A stretch of DNA of 64,000 bases, taken from the NCBI GenBank assembly GCA_963765495.1, contig CAVXWP010000007.1:672001-736000 (forward strand). The letters are read 5' to 3'. Position 1 is the first letter of the stretch. Each line of letters starts with the position of its first letter. Made by a program: the position numbers and the translations under genes. Positions 34,802-44,194 of this stretch are shown here, piece by piece. The stretch is from Blastocatellia bacterium. GTDB taxonomy: Bacteria; Acidobacteriota; Blastocatellia; UBA7656. The notes beneath the pieces were generated by a model, which worked only from the letters and a program-made list of their open reading frames with translations, was not told the DNA's origin and ran no database searches.

Positions 34802-35632
34802 ATGAATTTGTCGAATCCGATTTTGATTAAAGAGATGCGCACAAGGATGCGCGGCAAGCGAGCGTTTGCCGTGCTCACCGGATATGTGCTCGTGTTGAGC
34901 CTCATTTTAGGGATGATCTATCTGGTCTTTACGAAAAACGTCGCGGCTGCGGCGCTCAATCAGGCGGGCCGCGTTCTGACTCCCGTGCTGATCTTTGTGC
35001 AGATGGGGCTTATATGCATAATGGCTCCGACCTTTTCTGCAAGCGCCATATCATCGGAGCGCGAGCAGGAGACGTTCGATCTGCTGATAGCATCGCTTGC
35101 GCGGCCCTCTACGATTGTATTCGGTAAAGTGGGCGCGGCGCTCTCTTATCTGTTGTTGACCTTGTTTGGATCGCTTCCGCTGATTGCGCTCACATACTCA
35201 CTCGGCGGCATCGCGCTTGGCGACATCGCACTCTCTTACCTGGTAATGCTTGTGGCGGGCGTGACCTATTGCTCGGTCAGCTTCCTCTGGTCAACGCTTG
35301 TGCGCAGGGGGGTGATTGCGCAACTCGTCAGCATCTTCACGGTGATCTTTCTGGTAGCGGCGCTGCCCTCGCTGGCCGTTTTTCTGACCGCGCTTGCAAG
35401 CAATTTCAGCAACGGCCCGTCTCAGACCTTTGTCAACATAATGTATCTGATGCTCAGGACAAACCCGTTTGCGGCCATCGCGTCTCTGATACCGGGCTTT
35501 CCGGCCCCGCCCAATGTCTGGTTCCAGAGCATTCCGATCTGGGCTTCTCAGGTGGTATTCTATTTAATCGTGACTGCGCTCAGCCTCTTTTTGAGTCTGA
35601 AGCGAATCGAGCGAGTGAGGAGATGGTTGTGA
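34802..35632 (+). CDS. ABC-2 type transporter permease
   Basis: NPILIKEMRTRMRG.RAF, SAISSEREQETFDLL, six hydrophobic segments. Confidence 0.92.
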   Translation: MNLSNPILIKEMRTRMRGKRAFAVLTGYVLVLSLILGMIYLVFTKNVAAAALNQAGRVLTPVLIFVQMGLICIMAPTFSASAISSEREQETFDLLIASLARPSTIVFGKVGAALSYLLLTLFGSLPLIALTYSLGGIALGDIALSYLVMLVAGVTYCSVSFLWSTLVRRGVIAQLVSIFTVIFLVAALPSLAVFLTALASNFSNGPSQTFVNIMYLMLRTNPFAAIASLIPGFPAPPNVWFQSIPIWASQVVFYLIVTALSLFLSLKRIERVRRWL

Positions 35633-37701
35633 CCGAGGCCGCGCAAAAGATCAAACAGCTTGAGCGAGACGTAACGTGGCGCATGCGTCTGCTTGCGCTT
35701 CAGGACAGGCTGGCTCCGGCATTGCTCGTGGGCGGACTTGTCGCCGCCGGAGCGGTCCTTTATATCAGGCTGCGGCCCGCGCACTTTCCCGTGTGGGCGG
35801 CTGTCCTGACGATATCGGCACTTGTGGCGGCAATCGCGCTTGGCCGATGGTACCCGAAACGGGCGACCGCGCTCGATGCCGCATTCCTTATAGACAAAGC
35901 GCTCGATCTGGAAGACAGAATCTCGTCTGCTCACGAAGTAATTGAAAAAGGCGTGATTGAAAAAGGTGAGATCGAACGAGGCGCGCCCGTTCGCGTCGTA
36001 GAGACGGCCCTCGTCGAAGATGCTGCCGAAAGAATTGTGGACGCCCGCGCTTCGAAAATAGCTCCACACCGTTTTAAGTTGAGCCACGCACTCTCTTTGA
36101 TAGGAGTGATCGCGCTTCTTTTGGCGGTGATGATACCTGAGAGGTCGCTGCCTGGGGGCGAAGCCATAGCGACTGAGCGGGCCGACATTCAAACGGCGGG
36201 CGAGCAACTTGAGCAGGCAGCCGAAGAAGTCAAACAGATCGTCCCGCCCGGAACCGAAACCGAAAAGCTCGCAAAAGAGCAGGTCGAGCTTGGGCGGGCT
36301 CTGAGGCGCTCGACCGATACCCGGGCAGAAGCCCTGAAGAAATTGAGCGCCCTCGAAGAACGTATACGCAGCCGTCACGATGAACTGGCAAACACGCGCG
36401 CCGATGAAATAGTAGCTCTGGCTGAGAAGAGACTTGGTTCCGCGCTCTCATCACAACCGGAATCCTCATCCGTCAAAGCGACAAAGAAAAATGATGAATC
36501 TCGCGGCTCGCAAGAGAGCGACTCAAGCAGCGCTCCTGCGGAAGAAGCGAAACCCGCCCCGCCCGGGCCTCCGAAATCCGGTGCCGCCAGTACAAAGCGA
36601 ACCGCGGAAAGCGACCCTAAAAGAGTCGAAAAGCCCGAGCCTACGCCTGAAAAGGAAAGCTCCGAACCGGAAAAAGCAGATGCGGGTCCGCACCCTGACG
36701 CCGATAAAACACCCGAACAAAATCAGGGCAAGCCAGAGGCTACAGACTCCGGTACAAAGACCACCGAAGAGAAGGCGACCGCTACGGGGCAGGCAAAAAG
36801 CGAGGGCGGAAAAACGCCCGAGGTCAATGTTGACGCCGTAAAGAACATACCCGGCGCGGTGGCCGAGCAGGCGGCAAAGGCGCTGCCCGGAATGTCGGAG
36901 CAGTTGTTAAAAAAAGCCGAGCAATTTCGCGCCGACCAGTTGAAACCCGAAGACATCAAACAGATCGCGCAGGCCGCCCAATTACTCGCCCGCGATCTTG
37001 CTCCGATAATGCAATCGAAAGAGTTTCAGCAGGCGGTCGAGCAACTGGCTCGTCAGGTCACGCCCGAGCAGATGGAACGGGTGGCCCGCGAGTTGAAAAA
37101 GAACGAAGAACTGCGCAAGGAATTGGAAGCTGCCGGGCGGTTGTTGATGCAGAACCAGCAGGCGAAAGAGATGGCCGCCGGTCTTGCGAAAGAGCTTGGC
37201 GAAATGCGGGCGCGTAACGACCAGCTTTCACCCGGTAATCTCAAAAAGCAATCGGGGCAAACAGAGAGCGGACAAACAGAAGGCAGGCAAACAGAAGGCA
37301 GGCAAACAGAAAGCAGGCAAACAGAAGGCGAAACACCGCCCGGCGCTTCTGTTAATGACTCATTACAGGGGCCGGGGCGGGATTCCAAAATGAATCAATC
37401 CGGCAGGCAGGGCAAATCCCGAGGCCGGGGCGAACGAGTCAATCAGGAGAACAGATTGACCGGCGAAGGCAGGGAATCGGCTCTTGGCGGAAGGCTTCAA
37501 TCCAATCCCGGCGGAGAGTATCTTTATCTTGAAGCAAAACCCGGTTCGGGCGCAGCACGCGTGCCCTACACATCGGCCTATCCGCAGTATCGCCGCGAAG
37601 CCGAGCGCACCGTAGAGCGTTCGCAAATACCGCCCCGCTTCCGTTCAGTGGTGCGTAATTATTTTGACTCCATCAACCCGGATGGGCACAAAGAACATTG
37701 A
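35629..37701 (+). CDS. Membrane-anchored coiled-coil protein of the MoxR-associated type
   Basis: GTGA overlap with permease stop plus GAGGAG; LDLEDRISSA; C-terminal VPY...IPPRFRSVVRNYF; TEGRQ-like repeats near 37256-37330. Confidence 0.75.
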   Translation: MTEAAQKIKQLERDVTWRMRLLALQDRLAPALLVGGLVAAGAVLYIRLRPAHFPVWAAVLTISALVAAIALGRWYPKRATALDAAFLIDKALDLEDRISSAHEVIEKGVIEKGEIERGAPVRVVETALVEDAAERIVDARASKIAPHRFKLSHALSLIGVIALLLAVMIPERSLPGGEAIATERADIQTAGEQLEQAAEEVKQIVPPGTETEKLAKEQVELGRALRRSTDTRAEALKKLSALEERIRSRHDELANTRADEIVALAEKRLGSALSSQPESSSVKATKKNDESRGSQESDSSSAPAEEAKPAPPGPPKSGAASTKRTAESDPKRVEKPEPTPEKESSEPEKADAGPHPDADKTPEQNQGKPEATDSGTKTTEEKATATGQAKSEGGKTPEVNVDAVKNIPGAVAEQAAKALPGMSEQLLKKAEQFRADQLKPEDIKQIAQAAQLLARDLAPIMQSKEFQQAVEQLARQVTPEQMERVARELKKNEELRKELEAAGRLLMQNQQAKEMAAGLAKELGEMRARNDQLSPGNLKKQSGQTESGQTEGRQTEGRQTESRQTEGETPPGASVNDSLQGPGRDSKMNQSGRQGKSRGRGERVNQENRLTGEGRESALGGRLQSNPGGEYLYLEAKPGSGAARVPYTSAYPQYRREAERTVERSQIPPRFRSVVRNYFDSINPDGHKEH

Positions 37702-37723
37702 GAATCTGTTTTGAAGAGGAGCC

Positions 37724-38209
37724 ATGAATCAAATAGAGAAAGATAGATTACTGTGGAATTTGAAATCGTTTCCAAACGAGCTTGACGATCTGGTCCGAGA
37801 CCTGGACGAAGGCACCTTCAGGTGGCGGCCTATTCCGAACAAGTGGTCTTTGAAAGAGACCATCTGTCATCTGCGCGATGTCGAACGCGAGGCATACCTC
37901 GCCCGCTACAGACGGATGCTGACTGAGGACAATCCCCATCTGCCCAACGTAGATCAGGACCGGCTGGCTTATGAAGGCGATTACATAAATCAGGATGTAT
38001 GGTCGGCGTTGAACGAATTCAAACGCCTGCGCTCGGAGACGATTCAGATCCTCGAAAGCATCCCTCCCGAAGCCTGGGAGCGCGGCGGCGTGCTCGAAGG
38101 CACCGGCCAGCAGAGTATCGAGCAACTCGTAGTCCGACAGATCAAAGGCAACGATCTGAACCACCTTGTCCAGATGAAAGACATCGTCCGGCTCAAGATG
38201 CCCTGGTAG
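37724..38209 (+). CDS. DinB/YfiT family protein
   Basis: KWSLKETICHLRDVE, DLNHLVQM; GAGGAG RBS. Confidence 0.88.
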   Translation: MNQIEKDRLLWNLKSFPNELDDLVRDLDEGTFRWRPIPNKWSLKETICHLRDVEREAYLARYRRMLTEDNPHLPNVDQDRLAYEGDYINQDVWSALNEFKRLRSETIQILESIPPEAWERGGVLEGTGQQSIEQLVVRQIKGNDLNHLVQMKDIVRLKMPW

Positions 38210-38213
38210 CAAA

Positions 38214-38345
38214 CAGGGGCCAGGGGTCGGGGGCCGGGGGCCGGTGATTAATTATGTTGGAAGACATGATTTAATTTCCGACCCCGGCCCCCGACCCTGC
38301 GCCGCGCGATAGCGCATCATGCGCCAATCGGCCCCCGACCCCGAC
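38214..38345. repeat. Heptamer (GGGGCCG/GGGGTCG) inverted-repeat element
   Basis: CAGGGGCCAGGGGTCGGGGGCCGGGGGCCGG...CCGACCCCGGCCCCCGACCCTG...CGGCCCCCGACCCCGAC. Confidence 0.85.
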
Positions 38346-38347
38346 TT

Positions 38348-39394
38348 ATGGAAAGTTCACAAACTCTTGGTGAGATAAGGAAAAAAGTCGAGCGTTACGT
38401 AGGCAAGTTCTCCGCGCTCAGGGCGGAAATCGGCCGCGTCATCGTAGGGCAGGAAGATATTGTCGAGGCCACGTTGTTCGCTTTGATGGCGGGCGGGCAC
38501 GTCCTGATCGAAGGCGTCCCGGGGCTTGGTAAGACCCTGCTTGTGCGTACGCTCGGCGAGACGATGGGGCTCGATTTCGCGCGCGTTCAGTTTACGCCTG
38601 ATCTGATGCCCGCCGACATCGTAGGCACCAATATCATCGTCGAAGGCGAAAGCGGAGAAAAGATGTTTCGCTTTCAACCGGGCCCCGTCTTTACGAACCT
38701 GCTGCTTGCCGACGAGATCAATCGCGCTACGCCAAAGACGCAATCCGCACTCCTCGAATCCATGCAGGAGCGACAGGTCACAGTAGGCGGAAAAACCTAT
38801 CCGCTCGAAGGAGTCTTTTTCGTGCTTGCCACACAGAATCCGCTTGAGATGGAAGGCACTTACCCTCTGCCCGAGGCACAGCTTGACCGTTTTATCTTCA
38901 AGCTTGTGATCAACTATCCCACGCGGGCAAACCTGATCGAGGTGCTTCGCCGCACGACATCGGCAAGTGTGCCGAGGGCTGAAAAAGTGGTCTCGCCCGA
39001 AGAACTGGCCGAGATGCAGATGCTTGTTCGCGAGGTGATTATCGCGCCTCACGTTGAAGAACTGGCGGCGGATATATTGCTCAGGACACACCCGGCTAGC
39101 GAAGATGCGCCCGACTCCGTGCGCAAATTCGTTCGATTCGGCGCAAGCCCGCGCGGGGCTCAGGCGATGGTGATGACGGCCAAGGCCAAGGCCCTGCTCG
39201 CCGGTCGCTACAACGTCAGCACGAGCGATATAACCTCTGTGGTCCGCGCTTCGCTCAGGCATCGCATCATTTTGAATTTTGAAGGTGAAGCCGAAGGCGT
39301 GACCGCAGATTCGATCATTGATGATGTTTTGCAATCGGTTGCCACGCGCCCCCGGCACGCGCGACAACCGGAGGCCGAACCCGCTCGCTCGTAA
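38348..39394 (+). CDS. MoxR family AAA+ ATPase
   Basis: HVLIEGVPGLGKT, QFTPDLMPADI, LADEINRATPKTQSALLE, EGTYPLPEAQLDRF. Confidence 0.96.
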   Translation: MESSQTLGEIRKKVERYVGKFSALRAEIGRVIVGQEDIVEATLFALMAGGHVLIEGVPGLGKTLLVRTLGETMGLDFARVQFTPDLMPADIVGTNIIVEGESGEKMFRFQPGPVFTNLLLADEINRATPKTQSALLESMQERQVTVGGKTYPLEGVFFVLATQNPLEMEGTYPLPEAQLDRFIFKLVINYPTRANLIEVLRRTTSASVPRAEKVVSPEELAEMQMLVREVIIAPHVEELAADILLRTHPASEDAPDSVRKFVRFGASPRGAQAMVMTAKAKALLAGRYNVSTSDITSVVRASLRHRIILNFEGEAEGVTADSIIDDVLQSVATRPRHARQPEAEPARS

Positions 39395-39415
39395 CCGCAA
39401 ACAGCGCGTATCAAG

Positions 39416-40396
39416 ATGAGAGCAAGCAAAAAGATGGCAGCCAAAAAGAGCCTGCTCGATCCCGCTTTTCTAAGAAAGCTTGAACGGTTGAGGATTCAAG
39501 CGCGCCGGGCCTTCCCCGGCCAGATGCGTGGCGAACGCCGGTCTACGCGGCGGGGCGCTTCGGTCGAGTTTGCCGACTTCCGAAAGTATGAAGCGGGTGA
39601 CGACTTCCGCCACGTAGACTGGAACATCTACGCGCGGCTTGAGCGGTTGATGCTCCGACAGTTTGTTGAAGAAGAGGATGTGCGGGTTGATATACTTCTG
39701 GATCAGAGCCGTTCGATGCATTTCGGCCGGCCCCGCACGAAATTCGAATTCGCCTGCCGGGCCGCCGCCGCCCTTGCCTTCCTTGCCGTCAGCAGCCTGG
39801 ACCGCGTTGGCCTCTCTACATTCGATTCCGCAATCAGACGGCGCATGCGAGCAATGCGAGGGCGCGGCCATCTCCATTCCGTGCTCGATTTTCTTGAATC
39901 ACTCACAGAGGGTGAAGAAGAAATCGCCGCCCTTGAGGCCGGAGCACCCGAGGTGAATGCTACGGATCGAGCGAAGCCTTCGGGGCCGGTCACCGATTTG
40001 AGCGCCGTGCTCAGGGGCTATCAAAGGACCGCTTTACGCCCCGGCATCCTGTTTGTGATTTCGGATTTTTTCGATGCGGGTGATTTCCGCAAAGAGATGA
40101 AGCTGCTTGTTCACAGAGGGTTTGATGTGAATCTGATTCAGGTACTGGCATCGGAAGAATTGCGCCCCGATGTCGGAGGCGATCTGTTGCTGACGGATTC
40201 CGAGACCGGAACGGAACGCGAGATCACGGCCAACAAACGAGTCGTGGCAGCTTATATCGCGGCGCTCAGCGAATTTACAACCTCGCTCGAATCATTCAGC
40301 CGGACGAGCGGAATCGGCTACACATTGATCTCTTCGGATGCGTCCTTTGAAGACTTGTTGCTCAAGCATCTGATCGAAAGCCGCATGGCGGAATAG
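39416..40396 (+). CDS. DUF58 domain-containing protein
   Basis: G.SVEFADFRKYEAGDDFRHVDWN, LLDQSRSM, VISDFF; start 39416 or 39434. Confidence 0.93.
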   Translation: MRASKKMAAKKSLLDPAFLRKLERLRIQARRAFPGQMRGERRSTRRGASVEFADFRKYEAGDDFRHVDWNIYARLERLMLRQFVEEEDVRVDILLDQSRSMHFGRPRTKFEFACRAAAALAFLAVSSLDRVGLSTFDSAIRRRMRAMRGRGHLHSVLDFLESLTEGEEEIAALEAGAPEVNATDRAKPSGPVTDLSAVLRGYQRTALRPGILFVISDFFDAGDFRKEMKLLVHRGFDVNLIQVLASEELRPDVGGDLLLTDSETGTEREITANKRVVAAYIAALSEFTTSLESFSRTSGIGYTLISSDASFEDLLLKHLIESRMAE

Positions 40397-40400
40397 GGCG

Positions 40401-40495
40401 GATGCGTGATGCGTGATTCGTGATGCGTGACTTACAGGCAAGCCGTAGTTTTAAGCCAACTTGCAAACCTGCTTGCGTCACGCATCACGCATCAC
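40401..40495. repeat. Heptamer (GTGATGC/GCATCAC) inverted-repeat element
   Basis: GATGCGTGATGCGTGATTCGTGATGCGTGAC...GTCACGCATCACGCATCAC; core shared with 50174-50191. Confidence 0.88.
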
Positions 40496-40776
40496 TTCTT
40501 ATTTCGATAATTCTCTAAAAATTCATTGATAACTTTAGAGGTTTCGAAAAACGGGTCTCTTCGCATCAACAACAACCCGACGATCTCTTGAATCATGTTG
40601 TTTGAGACAGTCCCTTCGAGTTTAAAAGCACCCGTACCCGGGCGCGAATGACCGAGCCTTGCGCGGGTGAGAACGAGCAGTTGTTGCAGCAATAAATCTT
40701 CGCTTGTCGTTGAATCGGCATTGTCGAATATCGCATGGCAGATTTGCCTGAATTCTGTTTCGCTTATATTCTTCAT
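40492..40776 (-). CDS. Hypothetical protein
   Basis: MKNISETEF... with AAAGGGG upstream; the stop codon lies inside the repeat. Confidence 0.6.
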   Translation of the reverse strand: MKNISETEFRQICHAIFDNADSTTSEDLLLQQLLVLTRARLGHSRPGTGAFKLEGTVSNNMIQEIVGLLLMRRDPFFETSKVINEFLENYRNKK

Positions 40777-40933
40777 ACATATCCCCTTTTCGAATGAGCC
40801 TGTTTTAATGGTTAGCGGGTGATTTGTCAAACTCTATTTGTACGGCCTTCGATCTTCCCGCGATCAGCTTGGCTTGCACCACCTCAGGCTGATATATATT
40901 TGTACTCCACATACCTCAATTCAGGAGAACTCG

Positions 40934-42259
40934 ATGAACAGGTCACTAATCGCATTTTGCTTGCTCGTCCTGTTGTTGCTGGCGGTCGGCGCTCGCGCTC
41001 AGGAGGCCAAAGGAACAGGCACCGTAGTGCTCCGCGCGGCCCGCCTCATTGACGGGACTGGCGCTGACGCTATATCAAACGGTGTGGTCGTCATCACCGA
41101 CGACAGGATTGCCGCCGTTGGAAAAGAGGGCAGCGTAAGGATACCTCCGGGCGCGCGCGTGATCGATCTTGGTGATGCTACGCTGTTGCCGGGGTTCATA
41201 GATGCGCACACGCATATCATCGGGCGGACGCTCGGCGACCCGAACGGAGACAACGCCGTTGTGCGCGACTACGACTCTTTCGCTGCGATCCTCGGCGTAG
41301 CCAATGCCAACAAGACCTTGATGGGAGGATTTACAACCATTCGCAACGTAGGCGCTCCGAACTTCGACGACATGGCTTTGCGCAAGGCCGTCAATGACGG
41401 GTTCATTCCCGGCCCACGTATGCAGAATGCCGGGCACGCGATTGGCATCACGGGCGGACACTGCGACGAAAACGGATTCAAGCCCGGCCTTCTCGACGGC
41501 TCTATAAAAAACGGGATAGCCGACGGCCCCGAGCAGGTACGCGCAGCCGTGCGCTATCAGGTCAAGTACGGGGCCGATGTGATAAAGACCTGCGCGACGG
41601 GCGGAGTGCTTTCCGAAGGCGATGCCGTAGGCGTTCCACAATACACGTTTGAAGAGCTGAAGGCGATGGTGGATGAGGCTACAAAACTTGAACGCAAAGT
41701 GGCCGCCCACGCGCACGGTACGGAAGGGATCAAGATCGCGGTTCGCGCCGGGGTGGCTTCGATAGAACACGGCTCTTTTCTCGACGAGGAAGGGGCGAAA
41801 CTGATGGCGGAGAAGGGAACATTTCTGGTCCCCACTTTGTCGGCTTCCGAGGCCGTGATGCGAGCCGTTACAACGGGCAGACTGACGGGTCTTCGCGCCG
41901 AGAAGGCAAAGGCCGCCTCCGCCGCTGTCCATCAGGCGATCAAATACGCGCTGGCCAATAATGTCCGCATCGCTCTTGGCACAGACGCCGGAGTGGGACC
42001 GCACGGCGCGAACGGCCACGAGTTCACTCTGATGGTTGAATACGGCCTCACTCCCATGCAGGCAATCTTCGCGGGAACTATGAACGCGGCAACGTTGCTT
42101 GGCTGGGAATCGCGTATCGGATCGCTTGCCGCCGGGAAACTGGCCGACATCGTCGCCGTCCCCGGCGACCCGCTGAAGAATATCAAAACTATCGAACACC
42201 CGATCTTCGTTATGAAGAACGGAGTCGTGTATAAATCAGAACCCCTCGCGGCTCGATAA
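40934..42259 (+). CDS. Secreted amidohydrolase family protein (Xaa-Pro dipeptidase-like)
   Basis: LLPGFIDAHTH, KVAAHAHG, SIEHG, ALGTDAG, GKLADIV; AGGAG RBS. Confidence 0.93.
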   Translation: MNRSLIAFCLLVLLLLAVGARAQEAKGTGTVVLRAARLIDGTGADAISNGVVVITDDRIAAVGKEGSVRIPPGARVIDLGDATLLPGFIDAHTHIIGRTLGDPNGDNAVVRDYDSFAAILGVANANKTLMGGFTTIRNVGAPNFDDMALRKAVNDGFIPGPRMQNAGHAIGITGGHCDENGFKPGLLDGSIKNGIADGPEQVRAAVRYQVKYGADVIKTCATGGVLSEGDAVGVPQYTFEELKAMVDEATKLERKVAAHAHGTEGIKIAVRAGVASIEHGSFLDEEGAKLMAEKGTFLVPTLSASEAVMRAVTTGRLTGLRAEKAKAASAAVHQAIKYALANNVRIALGTDAGVGPHGANGHEFTLMVEYGLTPMQAIFAGTMNAATLLGWESRIGSLAAGKLADIVAVPGDPLKNIKTIEHPIFVMKNGVVYKSEPLAAR

Positions 42260-42302
42260 GGCCGCATTATTTTTGAGACCTTGAGTGACCTGGAGAAGAC
42301 TT

Positions 42303-43985
42303 ATGAAACCACCCGCTCGAATAAAAACCCGAACATTGCCGGTTCTCCTGCTTTCGATAATCTTTCTGTCGCAGGCCGCTTTGGGCAGACAGTCTGCGAC
42401 TGCTCCGGCAAAATCTGCCGCCGCTCTTTCGCCGATTGAGCGCGCCGCCGTTTCGCGTATCAGTGTAAAGACGATCCGCGAAGTGACCTCAACGCTTGCT
42501 TCTAAAGAGATGGAAGGGCGTGGAACGGCTCAGCCGGGCGCTGACAAAGCCGCCAGATACATTGCCGACCGTTTCGCAAAAGCCGGATTGAAGCCGCTCG
42601 GCGACGGCGGCACTTATCTGCAATCCATAAATTTCAAGGTCGAGCAGGCCGAGCCCGTCTCCTCATTCAAGGCGGGCGATACGACCTTCAAATTCAAAAA
42701 TGAATTTGTCGTGGCCCCGCCTTTCCCCGCCGAGCCGGTGGATGTTTCAGCCGATATGGTCTTCGCCGGTTACGGTGTCTCCTTGCCCGAACTCAAGCGA
42801 GATGACCTGGCCGGGATCGATGTGAAAGGCAAGATAGTCATGGTGCTTGGGGGCAGGCCGAATAACGTGGATGAATCGGCGTGGTCGAAGCGCGCAAATC
42901 TGCAAACGGTCATAACCGGGCTTGTCGGCAAGGGGGCCGTAGGGTTTGTCATCGTGTACGCGGGCAGGGAAACGCAGCCTTACCCGCTTGTAGCGACCTA
43001 TCTGTCGCGCAGGCGAGTGGCCCCGGCCGGGGCGATGCAACTGCCTTTCAAGATACCGCCGATTCTGTTGATAAGCGACGATACGGCCGCCAAACTCTTT
43101 GCGGGATCAGACATCAGCTATGAGGCGGCGAAGAAGAAGGCCGAGGCTGGAGAGTTTGTTTCAACTGGCCTCGGGAAGCAGAGTTCGATTTCGATTCGGG
43201 TCAGACGGGGAGAAGGCGCGAGCAGCAACGTGGTCGGGGTGCTTGAAGGCTCGGACAACGCGCTGAAAGCGGAAGCCGTGGTTTATACGGCTCACTATGA
43301 CGCTTACGGGATCGAGCCCGACGGAACTATTTATCCGGGCGCTGCCGATAACGCGCTTGGAGTCGGGAAACTCATAGCGATAGCCGAAGCCTTTCAGTCA
43401 TCGAAGACGCGCCCGCGCCGCTCGATCATTTTTATTGGCCTTACCGGCGAAGAGTACGGCTTGCTTGGAGCCGAACATTGGGTCCGCCATCCAACATGGC
43501 CGATTGAGAAAGTCGCCGCCAATATCAACTATGACGGCATAGGCACAGAAGTTTGGGGACCTCTCCAACTGATAATTGATTACGGCTTCAAGCACTCGGA
43601 TCTGGGTTCGGTGATAACGGACGTAGCGGCGGCAAGCAATGTTACGATAGTCCCCGATCCGTCCCCCGAAGAGCGAATCTTTTATCGCTCGGACCATTAC
43701 GCGTTTTTCAAGAGGGGCGTGCCTTCGCTCTACCTTATAGGAGCGCCCGGAGGCGATGAAAAAGCGATGTTTGAGCGCGCAAGGAAATGGCTTATGACCG
43801 ACTATCACATGGCGACCGACACCGTACGCCCGGACTGGAGCTGGGATGGAGCGCGGTTGCTTGCGGCGCTTGGCATGGTAGCGGGAATGCGCGTAGCCAA
43901 TCAGGAACAGATGCCCGCGTGGCTGCCTTCCTCGCCGTTCAATCGCCCGCGCGGCACAAATCTGCCGCCGCCGCCCGTTGAGTAA
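42303..43985 (+). CDS. M28 family peptidase with PA domain
   Basis: MEGRGT, FAGYG, TAHYD, GAADNA, TGEEYGLLG, RSDH, DYH. Confidence 0.93.
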   Translation: MKPPARIKTRTLPVLLLSIIFLSQAALGRQSATAPAKSAAALSPIERAAVSRISVKTIREVTSTLASKEMEGRGTAQPGADKAARYIADRFAKAGLKPLGDGGTYLQSINFKVEQAEPVSSFKAGDTTFKFKNEFVVAPPFPAEPVDVSADMVFAGYGVSLPELKRDDLAGIDVKGKIVMVLGGRPNNVDESAWSKRANLQTVITGLVGKGAVGFVIVYAGRETQPYPLVATYLSRRRVAPAGAMQLPFKIPPILLISDDTAAKLFAGSDISYEAAKKKAEAGEFVSTGLGKQSSISIRVRRGEGASSNVVGVLEGSDNALKAEAVVYTAHYDAYGIEPDGTIYPGAADNALGVGKLIAIAEAFQSSKTRPRRSIIFIGLTGEEYGLLGAEHWVRHPTWPIEKVAANINYDGIGTEVWGPLQLIIDYGFKHSDLGSVITDVAAASNVTIVPDPSPEERIFYRSDHYAFFKRGVPSLYLIGAPGGDEKAMFERARKWLMTDYHMATDTVRPDWSWDGARLLAALGMVAGMRVANQEQMPAWLPSSPFNRPRGTNLPPPPVE

Positions 43986-44194
43986 AACGACCTGAAAAAG
44001 AAAATTAAGGGCAGCCTGGGAATCTATTTACAGCCATTTAGCTGAGTTCGGAAGAGTTTAATTCAAGTCTGTAAACTTTGGTTTGGTTAGACTTGTCGGA
44101 CTCAGCTATCATTTTGTGTGTGGCTGACTTTTGCCGTGTTTTGCTGAGTTGGCACACTATTGGCACACAAGATTTTTCTCTTACCGCTGGAAGT

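Noticed and set aside
35269-35628. N-terminal extension of the 810-aa ORF
   Set aside because: It overlaps the ABC permease by about 360 nt; GTG 35629 has an RBS and stop-start coupling
37256-37330. 15-nt tandem repeat GGCAAACAGAAGGCA
   Set aside because: In-frame coding repeat (TEGRQ-like) in a disordered linker; no sign of an independent element
38357-39400. Long antisense ORFs opposite moxR (also opposite dnaK, 50534-51682)
   Set aside because: Shadow ORFs of conserved GC-rich genes, with no motifs
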